A DNA stretch of 64,000 bases from Myxococcota bacterium (GTDB lineage Bacteria; Myxococcota_A; UBA9160; SZUA-336). The notes beneath the pieces were generated by a model. That model was not told the origin of the DNA and ran no database searches. It saw nothing but the letters and a program-made list of their open reading frames with translations. A program made the position numbers and the translations under genes. The stretch covers positions 768,001 to 832,000 of the forward strand of contig CBDFGR010000002.1 of assembly GCA_965247115.1 (NCBI GenBank). Reading direction: 5' to 3'. Positions 9,918 through 20,250 of the stretch are shown one piece after another. Position 1 is the first letter of the stretch. Each line of letters starts with the position of its first letter.

Positions 9918-10106
9918 TCACTTCCGAGCTCGTGATCCAGGCTTGAGATAGCGCCACTCGTCTTCCTTCTTCGGCGGACTACGCATCAGCGCTCGCGCGA
10001 CATTCTCCGGTGTGTCCGGGATCGGGTCGGGCATGACCAGCTTCTCCGGCCGGCCTCGGCGACGTTTCTGTTTGTTCGACTCTGACTGATTACGGTTTGC
10101 GGTCAT
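9918..10106 (-). CDS. Small hypothetical protein in the IS1595 transposon
   Basis: 62 aa, RRRGRP...PDPIPDTPENVARALM; start overlaps the upstream stop (ATGA). Confidence 0.6.
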   Translation of the reverse strand: MTANRNQSESNKQKRRRGRPEKLVMPDPIPDTPENVARALMRSPPKKEDEWRYLKPGSRARK

Positions 10107-10750
10107 CTCGACTCTCCAAAATACTGCTTCAGGAACTCAAAGACTTCACGCTTTTGCACCTCGGACGCCGACTGAACAATGGCGAAGACATTAAGCCAGC
10201 CGGTTTCATCATCCCAATAGTTCTTCTTCATGACTTGGTGACGCCCGCAAAGGGGTTGCCATTTTGTCGGGTCTTTGGGGTTAGCCTCAGCGTGAAGTGC
10301 GTGAGGCGTTCGATGGTCAGGTGTGAGTTTGACTGTCCCTCCGCCCACAAGGTCGGTATCGCCGTTACGCAAGTTGCAAGTTATGCCGCTTTCCTGCCAA
10401 GCGCACCGATCTTCGTATTGAGCTAAAACGAGTTTCCAAGTAGCTGCCGTGGGGCGTGTACGGCGGAGTGCTGTAGCTCGGCGCTCCGCGTTCGGCATCA
10501 TGTACTCACTGACCTTCAGCTCGTCTCGGTTTCGCCAAGATAGGATCGTATAACCCTCGTCGGTTCGTAATTCCGAAAGGCGTTGATGCCAGTTTTCAGG
10601 GATACGTCCCGACTCGGGGTCAGTTGCAACTTCGATCAACTGTTCACGAGTGGCCACTTTACCAGGATTATCCAGAAAGAATGCCTTGATGCGCTTCCGT
10701 ATCGACCCCTGGCGGTATGTTCCTTGAATGGTGGCATTTCTATCTTCCAT
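10103..10750 (-). CDS. HNH-type endonuclease with N-terminal wHTH-like region (putative restriction enzyme)
   Basis: WHQRLSELRTDEGY; C..C; LTPDHRTPH...WQPLCGRHQVMKKN; coupled to the MTase gene. Confidence 0.7.
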   Translation of the reverse strand: MEDRNATIQGTYRQGSIRKRIKAFFLDNPGKVATREQLIEVATDPESGRIPENWHQRLSELRTDEGYTILSWRNRDELKVSEYMMPNAERRATALRRTRPTAATWKLVLAQYEDRCAWQESGITCNLRNGDTDLVGGGTVKLTPDHRTPHALHAEANPKDPTKWQPLCGRHQVMKKNYWDDETGWLNVFAIVQSASEVQKREVFEFLKQYFGESR

Positions 10751-11507
10751 TCAAACGCCGGTGCTTTGCGATTCTTGATCGCGTCAGAGTTAGGGATTCG
10801 GGAGAATTGTCACAGAGGATTCCATTTCGCTTGAGGCGAAGGCACGCTTCGCCCGTGGTTCCAGAGCCGCACATGGGGTCAAGTACAGTGTCGTTCTCTT
10901 TGGTGGACATGGACAGCAACGGCTCAATCACCGAAAGCGGTTTTTGAGCCGGGTGGCCCGTCTGCTCTGAACGCCCAACAAATCCGATATTGAGCGACGC
11001 TTCCAGTACCGAGGAAGGGCCGGGCACAAAACGCATCTTCCCATTGTAGAAGCGTTTGAGTTGCTCCTCATTCAAGAAGTGCTCCGGGTAAACCGGCGCG
11101 TTGTCCGATGCTATGTGCAGGCAAGTATTCTGCGCTGATCTCCACCCTCTAATGACGGAAGGACAGTTCTTGTAGTACCACGTGAGCCATGCCACAAGAC
11201 CGAAACCCGATGGGATGTGAGCGATCTGGTGGGCGATAATTTCCGGAAATCCCCAGATGAAGACGTGTTCAGAAATCTTGCACGCAGCATGGATGACGTC
11301 GGTAAGCCAACCGTCATAATCTGGTCGGAATCCACCGACTCCTTTGTTGTACCAAGGGTCGAGTATGACCGCATTTACGGGTGGAACCACCGCAAGCGTA
11401 TCCAGCACATCAGCCGCCGGAAGCATCTTGATAGTTGGGCGCTTTATGCGGGGGCTACGAGATTTCCGCTGCTTTGTGGCTGACGCTTGAACCGAGCCAT
11501 CCATCAC
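10740..11507 (-). CDS. Site-specific DNA methyltransferase (beta class)
   Basis: ILDPWYN catalytic motif, GHPAQKP, VLDPMCGSGTT SAM-binding motif. Confidence 0.9.
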   Translation of the reverse strand: MMDGSVQASATKQRKSRSPRIKRPTIKMLPAADVLDTLAVVPPVNAVILDPWYNKGVGGFRPDYDGWLTDVIHAACKISEHVFIWGFPEIIAHQIAHIPSGFGLVAWLTWYYKNCPSVIRGWRSAQNTCLHIASDNAPVYPEHFLNEEQLKRFYNGKMRFVPGPSSVLEASLNIGFVGRSEQTGHPAQKPLSVIEPLLSMSTKENDTVLDPMCGSGTTGEACLRLKRNGILCDNSPESLTLTRSRIAKHRRLNGR

Positions 11508-12481
11508 GTCGTCTCCGCCGACGCCCCGGTGGCCTGAATTAGATCCCGGTATCGCAGGCGCTTCCCGAACATCGCACTCGCCACGGTCCGCATCTGGTCG
11601 AGCGTGTCGTACTCACGGACGTTGTGCCGCCCGGCGAATTCGCAGACGTAGCGGTTTAGGTGCTTCGGGGACATCTTGTGATACGTCCCCTGATAGCCAC
11701 GCTTGAGCATTGACCAGAACGACTCCACGCCGTTCGTATGTGCTTGGCCTCGCACGTACTCCCCCACGCTGTGACGGACGCTCTCGCGGTTCGGATAGCC
11801 GCTGTACGCGGTCGCGTCGTCGGTGTAGACCTTCGCGCCTGGTGAGACTCGACTGGCAACGAACCCCTGGAGGGTCGCGGAGTCCGTCGCGGACACAACG
11901 ACAGCGCTCACGCGCTTTGTGGTCCGATCCTTCACGCCGACTACAGCGGTTTTGCCCACGGGTCCTCTCCCCAGCCGCAACTTCTTTCGGGCGTGTTTGT
12001 TGCGTTCCCGCCCGCCCAGATACGTCTCATCGACTTCCACCGGCCCCGCGAAGGGCTGCTCTCCACCGCTCCCATCCTGCCACACCTCACGGATTCGGTG
12101 GGCCAAATGCCAGGCCGTGCGCTGAGTGACGTGTAGATCACGGTGCAGCTTCATCGACGCAACGCCCTTGAGGTTGGTGTTCATCAGGTAGATGGCGAAG
12201 GCCCAGACCTGGTAGCCCTTCTTGGAGTTCTCCATGACCGTCCCGGTTTTGAGACTGAAATCTTTGCGGCAATCGCGGCAACGGTAGGGCTGGGGCTTGC
12301 GCGTGGGGCGCTCCTGAATGTTCAGGGAGCCGCACTTGGGGCAGGCCACGCCATCTGGCCATCGAGCCTCGATGAACCAGCGCTCGGCCGCCGCGTCGTC
12401 CGGGAACATCTTGGCCACCTCGACCATCGACAGGCCCTTACGGTGCGCCTTTCCCGGTCCCTTCTTGCCGCCCTTCGCCAT
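11504..12481 (-). CDS. IS1595-family transposase
   Basis: CPKCGS...YRCRDC zinc ribbon, VEVDETY, YTDD, HTNGVESFWSMLKRG, YVCEFAGRHN. Confidence 0.95.
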   Translation of the reverse strand: MAKGGKKGPGKAHRKGLSMVEVAKMFPDDAAAERWFIEARWPDGVACPKCGSLNIQERPTRKPQPYRCRDCRKDFSLKTGTVMENSKKGYQVWAFAIYLMNTNLKGVASMKLHRDLHVTQRTAWHLAHRIREVWQDGSGGEQPFAGPVEVDETYLGGRERNKHARKKLRLGRGPVGKTAVVGVKDRTTKRVSAVVVSATDSATLQGFVASRVSPGAKVYTDDATAYSGYPNRESVRHSVGEYVRGQAHTNGVESFWSMLKRGYQGTYHKMSPKHLNRYVCEFAGRHNVREYDTLDQMRTVASAMFGKRLRYRDLIQATGASAETT

Positions 12482-12506
12482 TCCCGGCCTCCTTATTTAT
12501 GGCGAC

Positions 12507-12535
12507 AGTTTACCCAACTAGCAGGGCGGCGTCAA
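12507..12535 (-). promoter_or_regulatory. Transposase promoter
   Basis: Minus strand TTGACG (12535-12530), 17 bp spacer, TAAACT (12512-12507); GGAGG RBS before ATG 12481. Confidence 0.6.
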
Positions 12536-12800
12536 GGGAATCTGGGTAAACAGCGATATAATCCCCTTCGAGAAACACGGCCGCGTCGAGTCCGTGAACG
12601 TGATCATGGATCGCGATACCGGCCGTTCTCGTGGCTTTGGGTTCGTCGAGATGGACGAAGCCAGTACCGCGGACGCTGCGATGCGCGCCCTCGACGGGAG
12701 CAATCTCGGCGGCCGAGACCTCAAGGTCAACGAAGCGAACGAGCGGGGTCGCGGCGGCGGCGGCGGCGGCGGCAGAGACCGCTACTAGGTCGGGTCCAAC

Positions 12801-12842
12801 AAGGGGGGTGCGCCCGCTGCCTGGGCGCCCCCTTCGTCTTCT
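12801..12842 (+). terminator. Probable intrinsic terminator of the RRM gene
   Basis: GGGGGTGCGCCC...GGGCGCCCCC hairpin followed by TTCGTCTT. Confidence 0.5.
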
Positions 12843-13089
12843 CAGGCTCACAGGAGCCAGCCGGCGCTATGACGACCAGTCCGCCGAAGGAGACCCCCCT
12901 ACGCGCTGCGATCGGCTCACGCTCACTCGCGCGCGAGTCCGGTGTAGGGCGGTGCGAAAACCAGCAGCTCAGCAAAATCCTGCACTCGCGCCGATTCTTG
13001 ACCGATCGATCCGCCGAGTCTAGGCTGCTGCGCGCTCCCGGCCCTGCGTACCGGAGCACCTGCCCGATCCGAGACGAGGGGAAAGACAG

Positions 13090-13872
13090 ATGGTACTGCC
13101 GGGACTGGCGCTCGTTCTCGCCGTGCTGTCGAGCTGGCCTCTTGCGCTCTCGATCGAGGGGCGAGTCAACGCGGAGAAGATCGCCCTCTGCGCCCGGGAC
13201 AACCGCCCTCCAGAGAACACGCTGCAGACGGTCGAGCTCACCTCGACGGATCGCCTGGGAAACGAGCTCGTGCGGCGCGCGACCGTCTACCGCGGCAACG
13301 CGCCCGACGGGGTGCGCGCCCTCTACGTGCAGCTCATCTATCCCTCGGATCTGAGCGGGTCGCGGCTGCTGCTCGCGGAACGCAACGGCCTGACACAGAT
13401 ATTCCTCGCGGTCGCCGGAACGCCGGATCTGAAGCGGCTCAACGCGCCGAGTGACAGCCCTCGGCTCTTCGATACAGACTTCTCGTCCGAGGATCTCGCG
13501 CGGCTCTACGGCATGAACAAGCCGGGGCGCTCGACGCGCCTCAAGGATGGCCAGCGCGAGGGTCGACCCACCTACGTGATCCAGACCCGTCCCTACAACA
13601 AAGAAGACTCGAGCTATGCCCTGGTCGTATCCCACGTCGACAAAGAGACCTGCATCGTGCTCAGGGTCGAGCTCTACGATCGCCTCGACCAGCTGAGGAA
13701 GGTCCTCACCGTGCCGCCGGACCACGTCAAGCAGGTCGGCTCCGTCTGGATCGCCCACGATTTCACGATGCAGGATCTCCTCGACCAGACGCAGACGCGC
13801 TTCATCGTCGAGCGTGTGGAGAGTGGAGATCGGGTCCGAGATCTCCCCTTCCCCGTCCCCGCTCCGAAGTGA
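13090..13872 (+). CDS. Outer-membrane lipoprotein-sorting (LolA-like) protein
   Basis: Signal peptide; LFDTDFSSEDL; YALVVSHVDKE...VELYDRLDQLRKVL. Confidence 0.8.
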   Translation: MVLPGLALVLAVLSSWPLALSIEGRVNAEKIALCARDNRPPENTLQTVELTSTDRLGNELVRRATVYRGNAPDGVRALYVQLIYPSDLSGSRLLLAERNGLTQIFLAVAGTPDLKRLNAPSDSPRLFDTDFSSEDLARLYGMNKPGRSTRLKDGQREGRPTYVIQTRPYNKEDSSYALVVSHVDKETCIVLRVELYDRLDQLRKVLTVPPDHVKQVGSVWIAHDFTMQDLLDQTQTRFIVERVESGDRVRDLPFPVPAPK

Positions 13873-13881
13873 GCCGACTCC

Positions 13882-14030
13882 CTACCAGCGCTCCCAGCGA
13901 ACGATCTCGTCCTTCGACAGCCGCGGTCGCGACTTGCGAGCTTCGCCGCTCTCATCGGGGTAGCCGAGCGTGATCACGTTCGCGACGACGTGGCTGGCTG
14001 TGATGGTGAGCGACTGGTCCATGGAGGCCA
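13882..14030 (-). pseudogene. Nitroreductase C-terminal fragment
   Basis: VANVITLGYPDE...RPRLSKDEIVRWERW. Confidence 0.6.
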
Positions 14031-14063
14031 GCTCGTCCGCCGTGTGCGAAACGGTGGGCGAAC

Positions 14064-14258
14064 CACAGCCTTCGGCACTCGCCTGCAGCACAACTCGCGA
14101 CGGAAGGGTTCGCTGCGAACCTCGTCCAGGCGCAGCTCGGCCACTCGAGCCTCGCGACCACCGATCGGTATCTCCGACACATCGCTCCGCAGCAGCTGAT
14201 CGACGCGGTTCGGAGACGGGCCTGGGACGTTCGAACCCCTGCGGGCCGGGCCCTTTGA
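14064..14258 (+). pseudogene. Tyrosine recombinase catalytic C-terminal fragment
   Basis: Manual translation HSLRHSPAAQLATEGFAANLVQAQLGHSSLATTDRYLRH (HxLRH, LGH, catalytic Y); no start, absent from the ORF track. Confidence 0.85.
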
Positions 14259-14413
14259 CCCATTCACGGCCTGCGGCATCGAGCAGCTGCTCGCCCGACG
14301 GGGTCTGCTCGATGCAGAGGATCTCGGCTACCGGCCTCGGGGAGCGGCGGGAGCTCGCGCTGACGCTCGCATAGGCGCTGCGTCCGGGGGTTATCATTGT
14401 CTAGGAGGTCCCG

Positions 14414-15121
14414 ATGAGGAACGCTCGAAAAGCAACTCTCCTTCTCGCCACAGTTCTCATGTCGGTTCCGATCTTGAGCCAGGTCGGCTGTGCTGCAGTT
14501 CGGGGCACGGCCAGCGCATCTGACCGATCCGGGTTCCTGGGAAACTACTCGGAACTCGGGCCTCGAGAGGGGTACGAGGTCCAGGAGGTCTACATCAATC
14601 CGGACGCCGCGTGGAAGAGCTACGACTCCGTCCAGATCGACTCCGTCACTCTCTGGGTCAACGATGAAACTCAGTCTCTCGAGGACGAAGAACGCCAGAT
14701 GCTCACCGACCTCCTGTACAAGGCGCTCAACGACCAGCTGACTGAGAAGTTCAAGATCGTGGATCGACTCGGACCAAACTCAATTAGAGTGAGGGCGGCT
14801 CTCACGCAGGTGAAGGGCGCGAAGGTGGCTCTTAGGACCGTCTCCTCCATCGTCCCCGTGATGTTCGTGGTCTCTTCTGGGGTGGGCCTTTCTGGCGACG
14901 TTACGAACACCGTTGGCACTGCAACTCTTGAGGCGGAGCTCCTCGACTCCATCACTGGCGAGCGACTCGCCGCCACGGTCGATCGGCGTGCCGGTACCAA
15001 GTCGGTGCTCGCTGGGTCCCGCACCTTCGAGAAGTGGGGGGACATCCAAGCGGCCTGCGAGTTCTGGGCATTGGGTCTGACACGGACACTTGTCCGGCTC
15101 GGAGTCCAGGTCCGAGACTGA
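14414..15121 (+). CDS. DUF3313-like lipoprotein
   Basis: Lipobox VGC, SGFLGNYSEL, EAELLDSITGERLAATVDRR; AGGAGG RBS. Confidence 0.8.
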   Translation: MRNARKATLLLATVLMSVPILSQVGCAAVRGTASASDRSGFLGNYSELGPREGYEVQEVYINPDAAWKSYDSVQIDSVTLWVNDETQSLEDEERQMLTDLLYKALNDQLTEKFKIVDRLGPNSIRVRAALTQVKGAKVALRTVSSIVPVMFVVSSGVGLSGDVTNTVGTATLEAELLDSITGERLAATVDRRAGTKSVLAGSRTFEKWGDIQAACEFWALGLTRTLVRLGVQVRD

Positions 15122-15229
15122 GTCTGGGGCGACTCACTGCCCGCACCACAAGGAGTCCAGCCCCAGGGGAAACGCGGGTGCGATCTTCTGCTGCCGAGTA
15201 CCATGTTGAGGTCGATCTAGTAAGACCTA

Positions 15230-15315
15230 GCAAGTGCGCGCCGTCGCGACTCGCGCACTCCAGGCAGAACTTGGCGTGGTTGGGGTTCTCGTGGCCGCAG
15301 CTCGCGCAGTTCACC
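15230..15315 (-). pseudogene. Double zinc-ribbon N-terminus fragment (adenylate cyclase type)
   Basis: VNCASCGHENPNHAKFCLECAS, then the homology ends. Confidence 0.6.
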
Positions 15316-15370
15316 AGGCTCTCGAGAGCCAACTGACCCGGTGCGCCCACCGCGGGGGTCGTCGAAGGCA

Positions 15371-15714
15371 GTGTGCGAAACGGTGTGCGAACTGGTCGCA
15401 ACAGGCGCAAACAGGACGAAACCAGGAGTACCGTATGTCCCCGATTTTCGTACCGCAGGCAAACAGACCGCAACGCAGCACAACGTCCGGGACGAATTCG
15501 TAATCAGCAGGTCAGCGGTTCGAGTCCGCTCGTCGGCTCCGCGATTGCAACCACTTACGCGCCGGCTCGCATAGCTCCACTCTGATCGGGAAGCATATGG
15601 GAAGCAGTGGAGCCGACCGATAGGCGCCCACATCGTGATCCCCCCCAGATGCCCCCTCCCCCCAAGACAAGGCCAGATCCGACTCGAGTTCGGTCTCGAA
15701 AATCTCCAGCAGTT
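15371..15714 (+). repeat. att junction 2: arm B + tRNA-Thr 3' core (15496-15540) + arm C'
   Basis: Exact 45-bp copy of the tRNA 3' half; GTGTGCGAA tandem at 15371-15392; GGGAAGCA tandem at 15588-15606. Confidence 0.9.
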
Positions 15715-15772
15715 ATCCGGTACATGCGGTTATTCTAGACGGACCACCCGAACCCGGAGAACCGAGAACGCC

Positions 15773-16222
15773 ATGAACGTAGAGAACGCACTCACCCCGA
15801 CGGAAGAGCAGATCAAGGAACTAGCGGAGGCGGGACACGACAAGCCGATCTACATGGTCAACCTGCTCAAGTTCAAGAAGAAGGCGGAATACCCGGACGA
15901 TCGCGAGACCGATCTGACCGGTCAGGAGGCCTACGGGATCTACGGCAAGGAAGTCGCGGCCCATCTCGCCAAGGTCGGCGGCAAGGGCGTGATCGGAGGG
16001 CAGGTCACCGGGCTTCGCCTGGGTGTCGTCGAAGACCTCTGGGACACGATCGCGATCGCGATGTATCCCAACCGCAAGGCGATGCTCACCATGATCACGG
16101 ACCCCGACTACCAGAAGAGCGCCGTGCACCGCGCAGCCGGCCTCGAAGGCCAGCTCAACATCGAGATGGTGTTACTTGCGCAGGCTACGTCGCCACGGCA
16201 ACCAGATCCGACCGCAGGCTAG
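15773..16222 (+). CDS. DUF1330-family protein
   Basis: PIYMVNLLKFK...TGQEAYGIY...WDTIAIAMYP...HRAAGL. Confidence 0.85.
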   Translation: MNVENALTPTEEQIKELAEAGHDKPIYMVNLLKFKKKAEYPDDRETDLTGQEAYGIYGKEVAAHLAKVGGKGVIGGQVTGLRLGVVEDLWDTIAIAMYPNRKAMLTMITDPDYQKSAVHRAAGLEGQLNIEMVLLAQATSPRQPDPTAG

Positions 16223-16238
16223 GGTCGAACCGGGTCCA

Positions 16239-16617
16239 CGACTCGAGCCTGTTGCCCGACGGGCATCTATGTAACAACGATGTAGCAGCGGGAACGGCAC
16301 AGCACGGCTCAACGTGGGACGGTCGCCGGCATCCAAACCCTTGATCCGGCGTCCCATGTCGTCCCGCGGCGTGCCGTCGGGGGCGATTCGTAATCAGCAG
16401 GTCAGCGGTTCGAGTCCGCTCGTCGGCTCCATGATGTCACGCACTTACGCGCCGACACCCATAGTTCCACTCCGACCGGGAAGCACATGGGAAGCAGTGA
16501 AGCCGACCCGATGGGCGCCCAAATCGCCTTGTCCGCGATCCCGCCAGATCCCCCCTCCCCCCCCCAAGGCATCGCCGGATCCGACTCGGCGTTCGGCCGA
16601 GAGAATCTCGGGCAGTT
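16239..16617 (+). repeat. att junction 3: arm A + tRNA-Thr 3' core (16386-16431) + arm C'
   Basis: Exact 46-bp core; left 147 bp matches 49919-50065; right part matches 15541-15714. Confidence 0.9.
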
Positions 16618-17024
16618 GGAGCAGAGGGCAATACGCCAGCCCGCGAGTCGTGAGCTGCGAACAACAGACCACTTCCTGCTCCCAACTAGGCACGCCGACA
16701 CAATTCCAAGTGGTCTGCAGGTTGGTAGCGGGGGAGGGATTCAACGGAAAAGCAGCAGAATTCCGGCTGTAGTCCGAGTTCCGATTGCGGCCTGACCCGG
16801 ACCCCTCGGCAGCATGAGATCGGCGTCTTCGTTGGAGCGCAAGCTCCCGGAATGTCGCTCGGTTCGAGCAGGAGACTTTGCTTGGCTGATTCGGTCACCG
16901 CCAGCCTTCCGGGCGAATTCGACCCTGTTAGAACTACCAGTTGACCCCATGGGACGGCTTGTGCTCAAGTCCACCGCCCCCAACAGACGATGGCTCGTCG
17001 CGGCATCGGATCGCAGCAAGGAGC

Positions 17025-18464
17025 ATGGATTTGGGTACTGCAAAGATACTACTGACGCTGGTCGCTACGTGTCTCTTTGGAAGCACTGCACACGCGCAGG
17101 CGCCTCCAAAACAACAACCCTCTAGCGACGAAGAAATCAACGCTGCGTTGGCTGGCGGCGTCCCTTTGGGTCGTTGGAGCGAAGGCCTTCTATTTGAAGG
17201 CATATCGCCTCAGCCCTGGTTGAAGAGCGCCGCGAACTGGTTTCCCAATACGGAAGAGATTCAGCCGAACGAGATGCGGATCATCTTCATGGGAACGTCG
17301 CCGAGTATTCGTCCGGGGCAGATGAACACATCCATACTCGTCCAACTGGGCAACGGCGACAACTTCGTCTTCGACCTTGGCGAGGGGTCGATCGCCAACT
17401 ATCCCGCAGCCGGAATCGCCCTGAACCAGATCGACAAGGTCTTCATCACTCACCTCCATGTCGATCACTTCGGCTCGTTGCCTTACCTGTGGATGTTCGG
17501 AACCTGGGCGGGGGGGTGGCACCAGCGCCTGAATGTCTACGGGCCTTCCGGCCGCACCTCCGAGTACGGCACCGCCAAGATGGTTGAGGGCATGAAGATG
17601 ATGCTCGGCTGGCATACCGATGCCTTCAGCGTGTTCCCGGTAGGGAAGGGCTGGGACATTCAGGTTCATGAGTTCGACTTTCGTGACAACGGCGGCGTCA
17701 TCTATGACAAAGATGGTGTCAAGGTCATTCACTGGCAGCGCTCGCATGCGAAGGACGGCGCCTCGGGCTACCGGCTCGACTGGAATGGCTTGAGCTTCGT
17801 GTGGACCGGTGACGGACGGCCGAGCGAACTGGATATCAAGTACGCCCAGGGCGTCGATGTCTATGTCACCGAAATGCAGGCGGAACTGATCGCGATCAGC
17901 TCGGGTGTACAAGGTGTTCCACCCTTCCTCGGGCGCTACACCGTCGATACGCACCATACGCCAGCGTATGCGGCAGGGTATCTGGCCAGCAAGATCAAGC
18001 CAAGAATCCTGATGACGACGCACATGGCCTTCGATCCCTACCAGAACGAGGAATCGGTTGCGGAGATCCGCGAGTATTGGGATGGTCCGTTCCACTTCGG
18101 CGCACCTGACGGGATCGTCGCCAACGTAACGAAGGAGAGCATCTGGGTGCGAGAGGGCATCCTGCCGGACTTCCCGAACAACCGCGCGCCGCAGTTCGAC
18201 TTCACCAATGGACAGCTAGTCGTGCCGCATCCCACGACCAGCCGAGAGGAGATCCAGGAACCGTTTGTGCGGGAGCAGCAGATCGACCCGAAGGAGTACT
18301 ACCCCAAGGGATACCACCCGCATCTGCTCGAAGATTGGCCGGTTGAAGGTGACCTGGTAATCCCGCTCGAAATGGCTCCCAAGGATCTTACGGATGGGAT
18401 GGGCGCAGAGTGGCGGTTGAAGCAGAAGAACCGCAAGGTGCTTGAGGAGCAGAGGAAGGAGTGA
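17025..18464 (+). CDS. Secreted MBL-fold metallo-hydrolase (RNase Z/GntH-like)
   Basis: Signal peptide; FDLGEG, THLHVDH, WTGD, HHT motifs. Confidence 0.85.
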   Translation: MDLGTAKILLTLVATCLFGSTAHAQAPPKQQPSSDEEINAALAGGVPLGRWSEGLLFEGISPQPWLKSAANWFPNTEEIQPNEMRIIFMGTSPSIRPGQMNTSILVQLGNGDNFVFDLGEGSIANYPAAGIALNQIDKVFITHLHVDHFGSLPYLWMFGTWAGGWHQRLNVYGPSGRTSEYGTAKMVEGMKMMLGWHTDAFSVFPVGKGWDIQVHEFDFRDNGGVIYDKDGVKVIHWQRSHAKDGASGYRLDWNGLSFVWTGDGRPSELDIKYAQGVDVYVTEMQAELIAISSGVQGVPPFLGRYTVDTHHTPAYAAGYLASKIKPRILMTTHMAFDPYQNEESVAEIREYWDGPFHFGAPDGIVANVTKESIWVREGILPDFPNNRAPQFDFTNGQLVVPHPTTSREEIQEPFVREQQIDPKEYYPKGYHPHLLEDWPVEGDLVIPLEMAPKDLTDGMGAEWRLKQKNRKVLEEQRKE

Positions 18465-18719
18465 CGTTCTGGCGAGGGGTGCCGCCCCCGCCTGTGCAGC
18501 CGCTCCAGCCCCGCGCGGATCGCGCTGCTGTCGACATTGGCGTACTTCTCGACCCGGTACGCAGGTGCTTCGGCTCCGATGGCGGCGTAGCGGCTGCGGG
18601 AATCGAACCCGCGTCCGCCTGGGGCTAGGTGCGCGTCTACGAGAGCATGGAGCTGCCCGAACGCCTCGTCCTCGATGTCCGAGACATCCCACCGACCGTC
18701 GAGGGTGAGAGAACCTGTC

Positions 18720-18885
18720 CTTTCGAGTCATGACCCAACCGGCCACGCGAATCGCGTCCGCCTGAGGATGGCCGCGACGGGCCGCGATCTGGCCAGGAAG
18801 CGCTCCCAGTAGAAAGGCCGCGAAGATCCCGACCCCGAAGAAGCACCGCGAGAACGACGAACGTGAATACATCGAGTGGCCCCAT
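18720..18885 (-). pseudogene. DUF3302-like membrane protein, frameshifted and truncated
   Basis: MGPLDVFTFVVL in one frame, LGALPGQIAARRGHPQADAIRVAGW in another. Confidence 0.6.
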
Positions 18886-19245
18886 GACCTCAGCGAGACG
18901 ACACCCACGAGCGATCCGTCCTCGGATTCCTACGGCGCTTCCCTGCGAGGTCCGGCCCAGTCCGTGACGGGTGCGGTGACCGCGTCGCCGCTGAGCCACA
19001 ATCCCGGACGACGATCTTTCGGATCCACGCAACCCGTCCCGACGAGCATGACCAGACACACGAGTACCACCTCTAGGGTTCGCTTCTCCATGATGTCTCC
19101 ATTTGGATCGTCGTGGATGTTCATGCTGGCTGGGTTCGTGCAATGGATGCGATCTCGACGGCTGCGTTCAACGCCGATACCGCACCGCAGACCATGATCC
19201 GCGCGGGCGGATCGTCGGAGATGCGGTTCGGTTCCCAGGTCTGGT

Positions 19246-20250
19246 TCACGAATCCTCAAGGTTGATCTGGCGTCCAGCTTCGGCGGCGATCTCGACGGAG
19301 CGCAGTCTCTTTTCGTGATCGTAGATCGAAGACACCAGCATCAATTCATCTGCGCCCGTCTGTTCGATGAAGTTGGCGATTTCGCGAGTCACGATCTCTG
19401 GAGTTCCAACCGCGGAGCAACTTCCGATCTGGGCGAGCATCGCCCGCTCTTGGGGACTCATCTGGCTCTCGAAGTCCTCCACCGGAGGCGGCAGCTGACC
19501 TGGCGTTCCCAAGCGCAGATTGATGAACGCCTGCAGCGACGACGATCGCAAGAAAGTCGCTTCTTCTTCTGTTTCCGCCGCGCAGACGTTGAACCCGAGC
19601 ATCACATAGGGTTCACCCAACTGTTCCGAAGGTTTGAAACGTTCTCGATAAACCGCGATCGCGTTCATCATTTGCGCAGGTGCAAAATGTGACGCGAATG
19701 CGTACGGAAGCCCGAGCATCGCCGCCAGCTGGGCTCCGTAGAGGCTCGAACCCAGAATCCAGAGCGGTACGTTGGTCCCTGAACCCGGAACCGCCGTGAC
19801 CTTCTGCCCCGGTTCGGCTTCCTTGAAGTAGTGCTGCAGCTCGACCACGTCTCGCGGAAAGTCGTCGACACTTCCTCCAAGCGTCCGACGTAACGCTCGA
19901 GAAGTCAGCGGGTCCGTCCCCGGTGCACGTCCCAACCCGAGATCAATGCGCCCGGGATAGAGGGATGCGAGCGTTCCAAACTGTTCTGCGATCACCAAAG
20001 GCGAGTGGTTGGGCAACATGATCCCGCCGGCGCCCACCCGGATGCTCGACGTCCCGCCAGCGATGTATCCGATCACCACTGACGTCGCCGCACTCGCGAT
20101 GCCCTTCATGTTGTGGTGTTCCGCGAACCAATAGCGCTCAAAACCCCATGTCTCTGCGTGTTGCGCAAGATCGAGAGAGTTGTGAAGGGCATCGGCAGGT
20201 GTACTGCCCTGGGCCACCGGAGCGAGGTCGAGGATTGAGAATGGCGTCAT
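19246..20250 (-). CDS. LLM-class flavin-dependent oxidoreductase (luciferase-like, YhbW type)
   Basis: [38 protein letters not shown]. Confidence 0.92.
   Translation of the reverse strand: MTPFSILDLAPVAQGSTPADALHNSLDLAQHAETWGFERYWFAEHHNMKGIASAATSVVIGYIAGGTSSIRVGAGGIMLPNHSPLVIAEQFGTLASLYPGRIDLGLGRAPGTDPLTSRALRRTLGGSVDDFPRDVVELQHYFKEAEPGQKVTAVPGSGTNVPLWILGSSLYGAQLAAMLGLPYAFASHFAPAQMMNAIAVYRERFKPSEQLGEPYVMLGFNVCAAETEEEATFLRSSSLQAFINLRLGTPGQLPPPVEDFESQMSPQERAMLAQIGSCSAVGTPEIVTREIANFIEQTGADELMLVSSIYDHEKRLRSVEIAAEAGRQINLEDS

Larger units (their letters stand above)
9464..12566 (-). mobile_element. IS1595-family transposon with passenger genes (3103 bp)
   Basis: Perfect 30-bp IRs GGGGATTATATCGCTGTTTACCCAGATTCC (9464-9493 and 12537-12566); 8-bp TSD TTCGAGAA (9456-9463 and 12567-12574). 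Confidence 0.95.
9390..12788 (+). pseudogene. RRM RNA-binding protein gene interrupted by IS1595-family transposon
   Basis: LSKKLYVGNLAFSTTEDELRAAFEK (9390-9463) continues after the element as HGRVESVNVIMDRDTGRSRGFGFVEM...GGGRDRY (to 12788). Confidence 0.92.
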
